Below are positions 28,865-40,762 of a stretch of 64,000 nucleotides of DNA, in pieces (position 1 is the first letter of the stretch; each line of letters starts with the position of its first letter). The notes beneath the pieces are model-generated. The model was not told the DNA's origin and ran no database searches. It worked only from the letters and a program-made list of their open reading frames with translations. A program made the position numbers and the translations under genes. Source of the stretch: Octopus bimaculoides (taxonomy: Eukaryota); contig NC_069001.1 in assembly GCF_001194135.2 (NCBI RefSeq), positions 8,269,906 to 8,333,905 of the forward strand, given 5' to 3'.

Positions 28865-29278
28865 TGGAAAGGTAAAAATGACTGCCACAGCTGTAATAAC
28901 TGTTTGTTACACCCCACCCAGTTCATGGTAAGGTCTTTGACAGGGTTATTCTAAACAGAGTTTGAAATCATCTGCTTGCCTCTCAGTGGCCAGAGCAGTC
29001 AGAGTTTACACCAAAGACGTCAGCTACTGACAGGATCCTGGCTCTTCATATACTCATTGAACAGCAGCAGGGTTTTCAGCGGAGGCTTCTTGCAGCTTAT
29101 GGCAATGTCTGCCGGGGTGTTTGACTCAGTGGGCTGGGATGTGCTCTGGAGGATTCTGGAGCTGCAAGGTATACCTCACTGACTTGTTGGGTTGATGACA
29201 GTCTTGTATACTAGAACAGTGAATACAGTTCAGATTGGGGGTTCAGCATTTGACTTTTTCCCAGTTAGATGTGGGGCC
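28865..29278 (+). mobile_element. Non-LTR retrotransposon (RTE-like) reverse transcriptase fragment, degenerate
   Basis: Pieces WKGKND, GKVFDRVILNRV*, PEQSEFTPK...DRILAL...LLAAY, and after a frameshift FDSVGWDVLWRILELQGIP; these are early RT subdomains. Confidence 0.85.
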
Positions 29279-32200
29279 CCATCAGGATTTGAAATCAGAA
29301 TGTAAGGAGCCAAAATAAATACTGTGAAGCATTTCATCCAACATTCTAATATCTCTGATGGTTTGCTATTGGTTGTGTGTGTTTTTCTATATTTTCCCAG
29401 TAGTTTTCTTCATCCTTTTGAGGAAGTCCATCTTGCATTGCTGATTTTTGCTTATTCATGGTCTGGCCACTGTACAGTGTGACCTGTCTGTCCACATTTT
29501 TTATTACTATCTTGGAGAGTTTTTGTGATGATTCTCTTCTTAAGACTTCATTTATATTATAAGATGTTCATTTACAATATGATCATGTTAAGATATTTTC
29601 AGGATTTCATTAGGTCGACTGGTTTTATTGCCTAAATTTGGGTAGATAGTTGTTAAGTACTTTTTTTCTTTTGACCTACCTTACTTAATATTAGATTACA
29701 TACTTAAGATCTTGGATTATTATTATTATTTTTTTATTGTTATTGCTTGTCTTCCCGCCCCTTTCTCCATACTCTCCATCTCTTGCTCTAGCCATACACC
29801 CTTGCAATCCTCTCATCCCTATCCAACCACACCCCTAATTCCTCTTCCCCCATTCACTTTGACTCACTTTGTGCCTTGAGGGGGGCCACCTGGACACCTC
29901 ATCACCACTATTTATCACTTTGCAGTTTCTCCTGATCAATCACATCTCTTCTTATCCCTTTAGCATTCAAATTATTCTGTCAAATGTAACGTTTATTTAT
30001 TCACACTGCTTTGGATTAATTGCAAATTGTCTCATAGTTTTGATATTTCAATGCTACGATTATTTATTTTTAGAATGACAATGTAGGGTAGATGTAAGAG
30101 GCTGGACCTGTCCAGTTGGAACAATAAGAAAAACAAAAGATAGAATATTTGGGCCAGATATTGTTGGTTTGAATGCCTAAGGGTAAAATGTGAGTGACTA
30201 TGTAGCTCCTTTATAACAGGAAACTGTTCTTCCTCCTTCTTTCATGCTTTAACCTCCTCATCTCCTAACATAAAGATGAGCCTTCCCTCCCCCTCAGGGT
30301 TTCATAGTCTTGCAAGCTATATGGCAAAAACTTATTAATGCTGATGACATGAAAATCCAGTACACATTGTAAAGTGGCTGGCATTAGGAAGGGCAAACAA
30401 CTGTAGAAACCATGCCAAAGCAGACATTGGAGTGCAATTTTGTCCTTGGATCCATCAAATTGTGTCAAATCATCCAGTCCATGCCAGCATGAACCATGGA
30501 CATTATAACCATTGGTTCCATCCATAATAGTTTAGTGGTGGGATGATTGCTGTAAGTGAATTTAGACATTAGTGCACTGTTGAGGATATTGTTGTTGCTG
30601 TTTATAACAGCTTAGTTCTGACCCAGCAGACTTACGTTCAAATATGTTCCAGTTGTGATTAATCCTTCTATTATTCAGTTATTGTGTATCCAAAGTATCT
30701 TTCCTATTGTTGTTTAACTCTTGGCCAATTCTAATACAACAGACTTATGATCAAAGACATTCCCACCATGATCATCCATCCTTTCTTTTATTCTGATGGT
30801 ATTTCTTAAACTATATTATCCAAGATATCCTTCTTCTTTGTTGTTTTGCTTCAGATTAGCTTTGTGACCAGAGCATTCCAGCTATGACCACACCATCTTA
30901 TTTTTAGACTATGTATCCAGGACTATATTTTAAAATGTTTTCCCCTTTTTTTTTTTACAATGGTAGGGTGTGATTTGAATGAGATATACCTGATATTGCT
31001 AGCAGGTCAAATAGTAGTGGTTGTTGTTTCGCTCTTTGTCCTGTTTGAGTAAATCTATGGTAAAAAGTGTTCGAACTATGACCATCCCGTCTTTTGTCCA
31101 TGCAATGTAGTTAAAAAGACTACATTATCCATGGTTTTATTTTTTTTATTTTGAAAACTGCATTCTATTCTGTTTAGCTTACACGTCTGGTTCTTTACTA
31201 ATTGTTACGCTTAGTAGTCTAACAACTACTATAGCTACAGCTATTACTGCTACTACTTCTACTCTTGTTGCAGTTGTATTTGTTCTCTAAAGCATGTTAA
31301 AAATGTTTTTATACATTACAACATACTAACTTGTAACTGTCTATCAGTATTTGTGCACACATACAAAAATAATACAATACGACTAAATCATCATAATTTG
31401 CAGGACAATGGAATGTCAATGGAATGTAGCTATATCGCTGGTGAAATCTCTTTCTATAAACTCGATCTCTAAAACTTCCTTCACATATTAGTCGTAAATC
31501 TTTTGTACAGATAACAATACAAATGAACATGAAGACAGGATGTCATAGGAGAATGCTCCGCTGGACATCCTGGAGTGTTAAGTAACACAGCTTAAACTAA
31601 TAGGCCAACACTTAGCAGGAATAAAATTTTAATTGGTGGATGGGTAGGTGGATGGGCTTATTTTCAATTCTAGATTACATTCTGCTTACCTTTTAAAATA
31701 CATGGTTGTTGTTTAGCCACAAATAAACCATGGTTGAGCACACCTATGATCAAGCCAGCCAGCTGTGAGCATTCTGTATTTTTTGGGTGTGATTTGAAAG
31801 AGATTTGGTTGATATTTCTAGCAGGTTGAACAACAACATGGTGGTTAACTTGTTTGCTCTCTTTCTTTTATTGGCTAAATAATAAAATTGTGTTTATATA
31901 GGAATGTAAGTATGCCACTCATCATCTTAATTTTAACATCTGTTTATCTTACAAGTCAGAAGTGTAGCACATCATCACTTGATCCTGTGTCATCACCTAT
32001 GCAAGATTCAACAGTCTGAGATCTGATCTCCTCATTTCTTCCAGTGCCTTGCTTGGTTTTTCTCTGGTGTGTTTCACTGTCAACATGCAAACCCACCACT
32101 GCCTATTCACATCATCATCATCTGACATTCGTTTTTCCATGCTGGCATGGGTTAGATGGTTTGACTGGAGCTGGTAAGCTGGAGAGCTGCACCAGACAGT

Positions 32201-33352
32201 CTGTTTTGCCTTGGTTTCTACGGCCGAATGCCCTTCCTAATGCCAACCACTCCATAGAGTGTACTGGATGCTTTTAATGTGTCACTGGCATGGGTACCTC
32301 TCTCTTCCCCTATATTGACTGATGTCTTTAAAGCTCTGATACATTCATTTTTCAAACAAGGCACTGTTAATCTTTTTGATACCAACCTGCCTGAGACTAC
32401 CTGTAGTTCTATGATACAAACTTCTTGTTTGAAAGTGATCTAAATTAAAACCTGTGATCAAACTCCTTATCAATTTATGTTCCAACAACAACACTATTAT
32501 GACATTACACATGAACCACTTACACATTAATTTAATGAGATTAACATTTCGTTGATTGAACAACTTAATATGCATTGTTGAAACCAATGGAGGCTCCATT
32601 ATATATATATATACACACTGCTGAGTGGTTGTGTTAGGAAGGGTATCCAGCTGTAAAAATCCTGCCAAAACAGTCACAGAAGTTTGGCGCAGACTTCTGC
32701 CTGACCGGCTCTTGTAGTACCGCCCTGCCCATGCTAGCATGGAACATGAATGTTAAATGAGGATGATGATGATGACAGTGTATTTCAATAGAAATATGGT
32801 GAAAAGGAGTTAAACACTTAAGGGATTCATTTGCCCTATGTCTTGCTTCATTTCCCTCGTATCTTCACTTATTTTCCATATTCACTGTCCATGTTTCACT
32901 ATTATGTAGTACCATGCTTCTAATAAATACTTTATATAATCTATCATCTGCTGTATTCACAAATCTTCCACATTCAATGTCCATACCCTATTACCATGTT
33001 GCATCACAGTCCTTACACCTACTTAGTGCAGTCAGCACTGTACATGTATAAACTTGATTGAATGTCTGTGTTGATTTTTTAGCCCCAGGTAAACCCTGAC
33101 TGGGCAATAACACATGATCAAAAGCAGTTCAACTTTGACTGTTCAGTTTTTTTAAGATATCTTGTATTACAATGCATAACATGTCTTGTTTTGAAAGATG
33201 TTAGCATGTTGGGTGAGATTTGGCTGGTGTTTCCAGCAGTTTAAGCAAACATGTAGAACTGCCTCAATGGTTTAGTCTGTAGCATTAGCTTGAGCGTGTG
33301 CATGTGTCTGTGTATAGATAGTCACTGTAACGAATTAGTTAAATTCCAATTG

Positions 33353-33399
<47 letters not shown>

Positions 33400-33911
33400 N
33401 NNNNNNNNNNNNNNNNNNNNNNNNNNNNNNNNNNNNNNNNNNNNNNNNNNNNNNNNNNNNNNNNNNNNNNNNNNNNNNNNNNNNNNNNNNNNNNNNNNNN
33501 NNNNNNNNNNNNNNNNNNNNNNNNNNNNNNNNNNNNNNNNNNNNNNNNNNNNNNNNNNNNNNNNNNNNNNNNNNNNNNNNNNNNNNNNNNNNNNNNNNNN
33601 NNNNNNNNNNNNNNNNNNNNNNNNNNNNNNNNNNNNNNNNNNNNNNNNNNNNNNNNNNNNNNNNNNNNNNNNNNNNNNNNNNNNNNNNNNNNNNNNNNNN
33701 NNNNNNNNNNNNNNNNNNNNNNNNNNNNNNNNNNNNNNNNNNNNNNNNNNNNNNNNNNNNNNNNNNNNNNNNNNNNNNNNNNNNNNNNNNNNNNNNNNNN
33801 NNNNNNNNNNNNNNNNNNNNNNNNNNNNNNNNNNNNNNNNNNNNNNNNNNNNNNNNNNNNNNNNNNNNNNNNNNNNNNNNNNNNNNNNNNNNNNNNNNNN
33901 NNNNNNNNNNN

Positions 33912-33956
<45 letters not shown>

Positions 33957-35137
33957 TTCAGCTGTTTTATCAGCTGATGGATAGTTTTATTGTGAGAAGT
34001 GTACAAACATTGGTGAACACGACCTAGATAATAACAAAAACAATAATAGTAATAATATAAACAACAGCAATTATCACCATCACCAATGTCCTCCATCCTA
34101 TCTCCATTTTTTTGGGTTCCATTACCAGGGCTTACATTAAGTCATAATTAGTGGGTTTTATTGTGCCATTGTTTTCATTTTCTAAAGGGAAGCAAAATAC
34201 AAGAAATAAATGGTCTATTTTTAAAGTTTTCATTACAACAACTATTTCCACTATTTCCACAAGAATCTAACCTATGAGTCTGTTGTTTCCTGTGTTCTCT
34301 GGTATTCAGGTTGGATGAAAGTAGCCTTGAATCTTCTGAGAAGATAGGAAGTTAAACGACCACCATAACTACCAGCTGGTACTCACTTGTAGCATGTACC
34401 ATTATGAGAATATATAAATACTTCATATAGAGGCATGGGTGTATGGTTAAGAAACTCAATTTGCAACCAAGCGGTTTTAGGTTCAATCCCACTTAGTTGT
34501 CACTTGTACAGAAGCTTGTTGTTTGTGTGTGTCTTTGGGTTTGTGTTTGTCCTGCCATCATCATTTGACTACCAGTGTCGGTTTGTTTATATTCCCTTAG
34601 TGGTTTGGCAAAAGAAATCAATAGCATAAGTACCAGGCTTAAAAAATAACTACTAGGTTTGCTTTGTTTGACTAAATCCTTCAAGGTAGTACTCCAGCCT
34701 GACCACAGTCCAATGACTTAAGTAAAAAGATAGAGATGTGTGTGTGTGTGTGTGTGGACACAGGCACAGTTGAATGGTTAAGAAGTTTACTTTGCAATCT
34801 TGAGGTTCCAGGTTCAGTTCCACTATGTGGTTGTCTTTATCATGGCTTCAGGTGACCCTAAGCTTTGTGAGTGAAATTGGGTAAACAAAAACTATATGAA
34901 AACTTGCCAAATTCAAAGGTCCATCCCTCTTGTATATTGTGTCAGGCTGATTTGGATTGTACTGAACCACTTACACATTAATTTAATGAGATGAACATTT
35001 TGTTGATTGAACAACTTAATATGCATTGTTGAAACCAATGGAGGCTCCATTATAAATATATATATATATATATATCTTTATATATATATATATATAGGAG
35101 AGTATTGTAGTTCTCTTGAAGCATTGTGTATTGTTTG

Positions 35138-35455
35138 TAAAGAATAAAAAGTATCGAATGGTACGACAATGCACTATAATACAAAAAGTGGACTATATGC
35201 CTGTTGTAATTTAGTTATCTATAGTCCGATTATGATATAAACAACAGCAATTAGCACCATCGCCAATGGTTCAGTCTGTAGCATTAGCTTGAGCGTGTGC
35301 ATGTGTCTGTGTATAGATAGTGACTGTAATGAATTAGTTAAATTCCTATTGCCCTATATAGATATATAGATATATATAGATAACTAAATTACAACAGGTA
35401 TGTAGTCCATTTTTTGTATTACAATGCATTGTTGTACCATTCAAAACTTTTTATT

Positions 35456-35460
<5 letters not shown>
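35138..35460. repeat. 86-bp inverted repeat pair (35138-35223 / 35375-35460) around a 151-bp spacer; MITE-like
   Basis: The arms align with 8 mismatches in 86 bp; the right arm ends in a TA run. Confidence 0.85.
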
Positions 35461-35504
<44 letters not shown>

Positions 35505-35510
35505 TATATA

Positions 35511-35558
35511 CGAGGGGGTGCTGAAAAGTTCTTAGCTTTAAGGGTCTTGTGAAAGGCC
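35511..35558. mobile_element. Mariner-like terminal inverted repeat fragment
   Basis: TA|cgagggggtgctgaaaagttcttagc resembles mariner termini (TACGAGGG...GAAAAGT) and abuts a TA run; no partner end seen. Confidence 0.4.
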
Positions 35559-36750
35559 GGGTAAAAACACATACAAAGACACACACTCATAGCAATGTAT
35601 ACATATACAACAGGCTTCTTTCAGTTTCCATCTGCCAAATCTTCTCAAGGCTTTTGTTGGTCTGAGGATGTAGTAGAAAACACTTGCCCAAAGTACCATG
35701 GAGTGGGACTGAAACTGGAACCATGTGGTTGGGAAGCAAGCTTCTTACTACACAACCATGCCTGCACCTATATATGTGTGTGTGTATGTGTGTGTGTGTG
35801 TATCAAATATAGTAAAGCTTGAATATTGTGTATGTTATTATTTAATCACAGGTCGGCTCTGATCCTGCAGACCTACAATCTCATTCCTGCCATGACCATC
35901 TCATCTGTTATTTAGGCAATATATGTAGGGCTACATCATCTAATGGCTCTCATTATTTTTATGGAAAATAGTAGTGTATGATATGAGGGTCATTTCTTGC
36001 AGACCAAGCACGGCTATGTAGATACTACATTTATGGCTCTATGATGTTGTTGATGATAATGATGATGACATTGACTAATTGGTATAAAAATGATCCACAA
36101 ATGCCTGAATCAAACTTAAGTAAACTGAAGCATCCGGATTGATGATAAATAAATTTGACCGAGTGAAATAGCATATTAGTTTAAGTGTGAAATAAATCCT
36201 GTTTAGTTGAGTGTGAAAGTATTCCTGGACTGAGAGTGATTTTATTTTTTAATTTTTATTTCTTCTGTCTTAAGCAGCTTTCCAAATACCTTGGTCTTAC
36301 TTCCATCATTACATGATATGAAATAACTGCTTTATCACTCCAGTGGATTTAATCTTCCTTAATCCATCTCCCCTTCCTTCTAGCTTAAAAGCTATGCTTT
36401 CATCCTCTCACTCACAGCACTGTGTGTGGTAAGAGAGATGGTTTGTATATATATATGTGTGTGCTTGTTGTGTCAGGTGGGCAGAAATGGAGGAACCAAG
36501 AGATTGATATTATCATCATCATCATCATTATTAATGCAGCAAGCTGGCAGTATCATTAGTGTGCTGGACGAAATGCTTAGTGGTATTTTGCCAGTCACTA
36601 CGCTTTGAGTTCAAATTCCACTGAGGTTGACTTTGCCTTTCATCCTTTCTGGGTCCATAAATTAAGTACCAGTTGGACACTGGAGTTGATGTAATTGACA
36701 CATGCCTCCCTCAAAATGGCTGCCCCTGTGTCAAAATTTGAAACCATTAG

Positions 36751-36831
36751 TATTATTTACATTATTTACAATTGACGGATATTTGTCCTCAACTTGTTTG
36801 TTGTTAACACGTTTCGGCTGATATACCCTCC
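36751..36831 (-). mobile_element. Penelope-like element terminal fragment
   Basis: Plus strand acgtttcggctgatataccctcc; minus strand ends ...gtcaattgtaaataatgtaaataata. The ACGTTTCG motif is characteristic of Penelope-like terminal repeats. Confidence 0.5.
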
Positions 36832-37074
36832 CTGGGGGTAGTTGAAATTTCCAAGGGAGTGTTGAAGAAAAGTGAGGTGATAATGGGGTAGCTATTCATG
36901 TAAAAACAACAAAGTAATGGGTTCATTAGGTTAAATTTTATTTGTGAAATACATTTGCATTGAATTTGCTTCAGAAAGAGGTCTCTGTTTGTGATGGTTA
37001 GTTGGGGTTGCAGCACTAGGAATTTGGCCTGGGTGTGAAGGCGGCAGCTGCTCGAAAAAGGTTGGGAACCACTG
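36831..37074. mobile_element. One-ended hAT (Charlie-type) fragment
   Basis: Ends with aaaaaggttgggaaccactg (reverse complement cagtggttcccaaccttttt, a typical Charlie TIR). The other TIR is not seen. Confidence 0.5.
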
Positions 37075-37681
37075 ACGTAGAACGATAGAACAGTAGTGCA
37101 TGAATTTGTTCAGTGTCCAAGCATTGTTTTCTTGTGGAGTTATGTCAGCCAGCTGCTGTATTATGTGGAATGGATCTAGCTATCAGCTGTGCCCATTTCA
37201 ATGATTTCCTTGCCACTTGCTTTTAATTGGGCAGAGAAGGCAGTTTCCTTTCTGTTTGGTGGCTTCAGCAAAAGAGGATGTGCGGTGGATGAGGTTGAAA
37301 TGAACGAAGGCAGAAACTTTCCTCTTTGGTGAAGTTAAACTTGAAAAGGAAGGCGAGGCACTACTTTCCTCTAGTGAACTTAATGAAATGTGGGTGAGAG
37401 TGGTAAAAAAAGAGCACTCTAAGTAGAAGCCTGTACATCAGAGAACAACAACTAGAGAGTGCACTTACTCTTGGTGTTCAAAGAAATCTGGGGTTGTGGG
37501 GTTCTTCAGTCGGCCTTAAAGCTCTTCCTGTATCAGGAAGATTGCATTATCATTTTTCCTCATTTTTTAATTTCCATTTAATGTCCACTTTTCCAAGCTT
37601 GCATGGGCCATTTTCTTAATGTTGTATACCATGTGTATTTATATTTTATGACTTATATATATATATATATATATTTTATGA

Positions 37682-37737
<56 letters not shown>

Positions 37738-38203
37738 CACACACACACGTGTATAAGGGATGACNNNNNNNNNNNNNNNNNNNNNNNNNNNNNNNNNNNN
37801 NNNNNNNNNNNNNNNNNNNNNNNNNNNNNNNNNNNNNNNNNNNNNNNNNNNNNNNNNNNNNNNNNNNNNNNNNNNNNNNNNNNNNNNNNNNNNNNNNNNN
37901 NNNNNNNNNNNNNNNNNNNNNNNNNNNNNNNNNNNNNNNNNNNNNNNNNNNNNNNNNNNNNNNNNNNNNNNNNNNNNNNNNNNNNNNNNNNNNNNNNNNN
38001 NNNNNNNNNNNNNNNNNNNNNNNNNNNNNNNNNNNNNNNNNNNNNNNNNNNNNNNNNNNNNNNNNNNNNNNNNNNNNNNNNNNNNNNNNNNNNNNNNNNN
38101 NNNNNNNATAAATAAATACCCAAAGTGCAATGCTTACTTTTAGAACATTTTGTTTGGTTTATTTCAACTGCTTCATTCAAAATTTCCTTTCTGTCTTTTT
38201 CAG

Positions 38204-38320
38204 TTTTTATGCCTGAAAAATATAAGGACATTTTTACAGACATGCAAGAAAGTATTTGGTTTAAAGGATCAGGATTTGTTTGATCCACCAGATCTGTTTG
38301 ATGTGAAAGATTTTCGGAAG
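38204..38320 (+). CDS. vav: Vav-family guanine nucleotide exchange factor, internal coding exon (CH domain; equivalent of vertebrate coding exon 2)
   Basis: Polypyrimidine tract plus CAG at 38201-38203, donor AAG|GTAGGT at 38320/38321. 117 nt, phase 0/0. Translates to [39 protein letters not shown], matching the Vav CH signature [11 protein letters not shown]...LF..FDLFDV.DF.K (recognised from memory of VAV1-3). Confidence 0.95.
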
Positions 38321-39709
38321 GTAGGTGAAAAAGATTTTTTTAAAAAAATTGTATGTGTGCATGCCTGTACATGCACACACACTCACAGACGCATTCACAC
38401 ACATGCAGGTACACACACAGGTGAGTGAAGAAACAAAAGAAAGTAGCACTCAATAGAGTTTGTTGGAGTTACATGTATTTCATAACAGTTTGGCTCAACT
38501 TCAAACTAGCTGGAAGTTTCATGAGTGTGGGACTTGTCCACATCATCAGATGTTCAAAGTCAGCGTGGAGAGAATTTAAAAGAAATCTAAAATGGCTTCT
38601 AAGTGAGAGTATTTAGGTTTCCATTTGTCTCATGCTTGTTATTACTATTACACAGTTATTAATATTACACATTTTTTTAAAACCCTGTAGAATGTTGGTG
38701 TAATTTTTGTTGGCTTTCTGCTGAAGGTGGCATCAGTTGTCATTCTGTATTGTATGGTGTTTCCGTAATAGTCATAGTCATGTGGGTAAGTAGCCAGTTT
38801 GAAGGTGTTAGGTGACAGGAGTTTATGTGACTGATGTGAATTATAGTAGGCAGCAATGTTTGTGGACAACAAAATTTTTATATCATGCTGAGAGTGGTTA
38901 TATCAGAGTTATCAGTGTTGCCTTTTTTTGCCCAGTAGAAACACTGTGAAACGAGTGATTTTATAGCATTCATGATGAATCTAATTTCAAGAATTATTTG
39001 GTTAATTGTCTATCAAAGGCTAGGACTTTCAGGAGGAGGTATTAGATGAACTTGCAGGCTGCTTTATTCTCAGTGTGGGGAACCTGTTAATTACAGTAGT
39101 GCTGCAATCCCATTGGAGCAACTCTGTGATCCTTCACACATTGGATTTGTACTTTCAAGGCTTTGTATTGCCCACTACTGTTGTAGAAGACACTAGCCCA
39201 AGGTACTGGGACTGAATTTGAAACTGTATGGTTAGTAAGTGAATTTACCATAATAGTTTTGACTTAGGAACTACTGACTTTCTGATTGCAGAAGTGGTAC
39301 CCAACTAACGCAGTGGTGACTCCCACCCATCCTGTATATGAAAAGTGTTGCTTTCTTATATTCATGTTGAATTACTCTCCAATAAAAGAAAGCAAACCTC
39401 TTCATATAATATTACTTAGAAATATAATTGAGTGTACAGTGTGTTTTTATCATCATCTTCATCATTGTTGTTGTTATATTACATCCGCTTTCTATGCCGG
39501 CATATGTGTATGCTTGTTTGTGTGTAACTATTGGTCAGTATATATGAATATGCGTGTGTGTGTGCATGCATTTGTCAATCTGCATGTTTGCATTTGTTTG
39601 TGTACATGTGTGCATATATTTGTCAGTGTATGCCTGTGTGTGTGTTTTCTATATAACTATCCTATCAAACATGCAAGCATGCATTTGTCATGTGTGTGTG
39701 TATATATAT

Positions 39710-39788
<79 letters not shown>

Positions 39789-40334
39789 NNNNNNNNNNNN
39801 NNNNNNNNNNNNNNNNNNNNNNNNNNNNNNNNNNNNNNNNNNNNNNNNNNNNNNNNNNNNNNNNNNNNNNNNNNNNNNNNNNNNNNNNNNNNNNNNNNNN
39901 NNNNNNNNNNNNNNNNNNNNNNNNNNNNNNNNNNNNNNNNNNNNNNNNNNNNNNNNNNNNNNNNNNNNNNNNNNNNNNNNNNNNNNNNNNNNNNNNNNNN
40001 NNNNNNNNNNNNNNNNNNNNNNNNNNNNNNNNNNNNNNNNNNNNNNNNNNNNNNNNNNNNNNNNNNNNNNNNNNNNNNNNNNNNNNNNNNNNNNNNNNNN
40101 NNNNNNNNNNNNNNNNNNNNNNNNNNNNNNNNNNNNNNNNNNNNNNNNNNNNNNNNNNNNNNNNNNNNNNNNNNNNNNNNNNNNNNNNNNNNNNNNNNNN
40201 NNNNNNNNNNNNNNNNNNNNNNNNNNNNNNNNNNNNNNNNNNNNNNNNNNNNNGTAGGGTAAAGAACTAACAGATGTTATTGCCTGGGATGTAACCCATC
40301 TAACTCCAAAGACCCACTCTCTTTTGAAGTGACA

Positions 40335-40368
<34 letters not shown>

Positions 40369-40485
40369 CGATGATGATGATGATTTCAAATTTTGGCACA
40401 AGGCCGGCAGTTTTGGGGAAGAGATAAGTTGATATGAATAATAATAATCCTCAAAATCGAAATTGTAATTGAACCAAATTCGATG

Positions 40486-40762
40486 ACTGGCACCTGTGCC
40501 AGTGGAGCACTAACAGCACCGTCTGAGCGTGATCGTTGCCAGAGCAGCTGTTTGGCTTCCGTGCCAGTGGCACGTAAATAGCACCATTTGAGCGTAATCG
40601 TTACCAGCATCGCCTTACTGGCACTTGTGCCGGTGGCACGTGAAAAAACATTTGAGCGAGGTTGTTGCCAGTGCCACTGGACTGGCTCCTGTGCAGTTGG
40701 CACGTAAAACACACCATTTTGAGCATGGCTGTTGCCAGTACCGCCTGACTGGCTCTTGTGCG
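40486..40762 (+). repeat. Four to five ~60-bp modular units from the RTE LINE 3' UTR
   Basis: Units of type ggcacgtaaaa(ag)caccatttgagc...gttgccagtaccgcctgactggc; reverse complement of units at 57820-58030. Confidence 0.75.
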
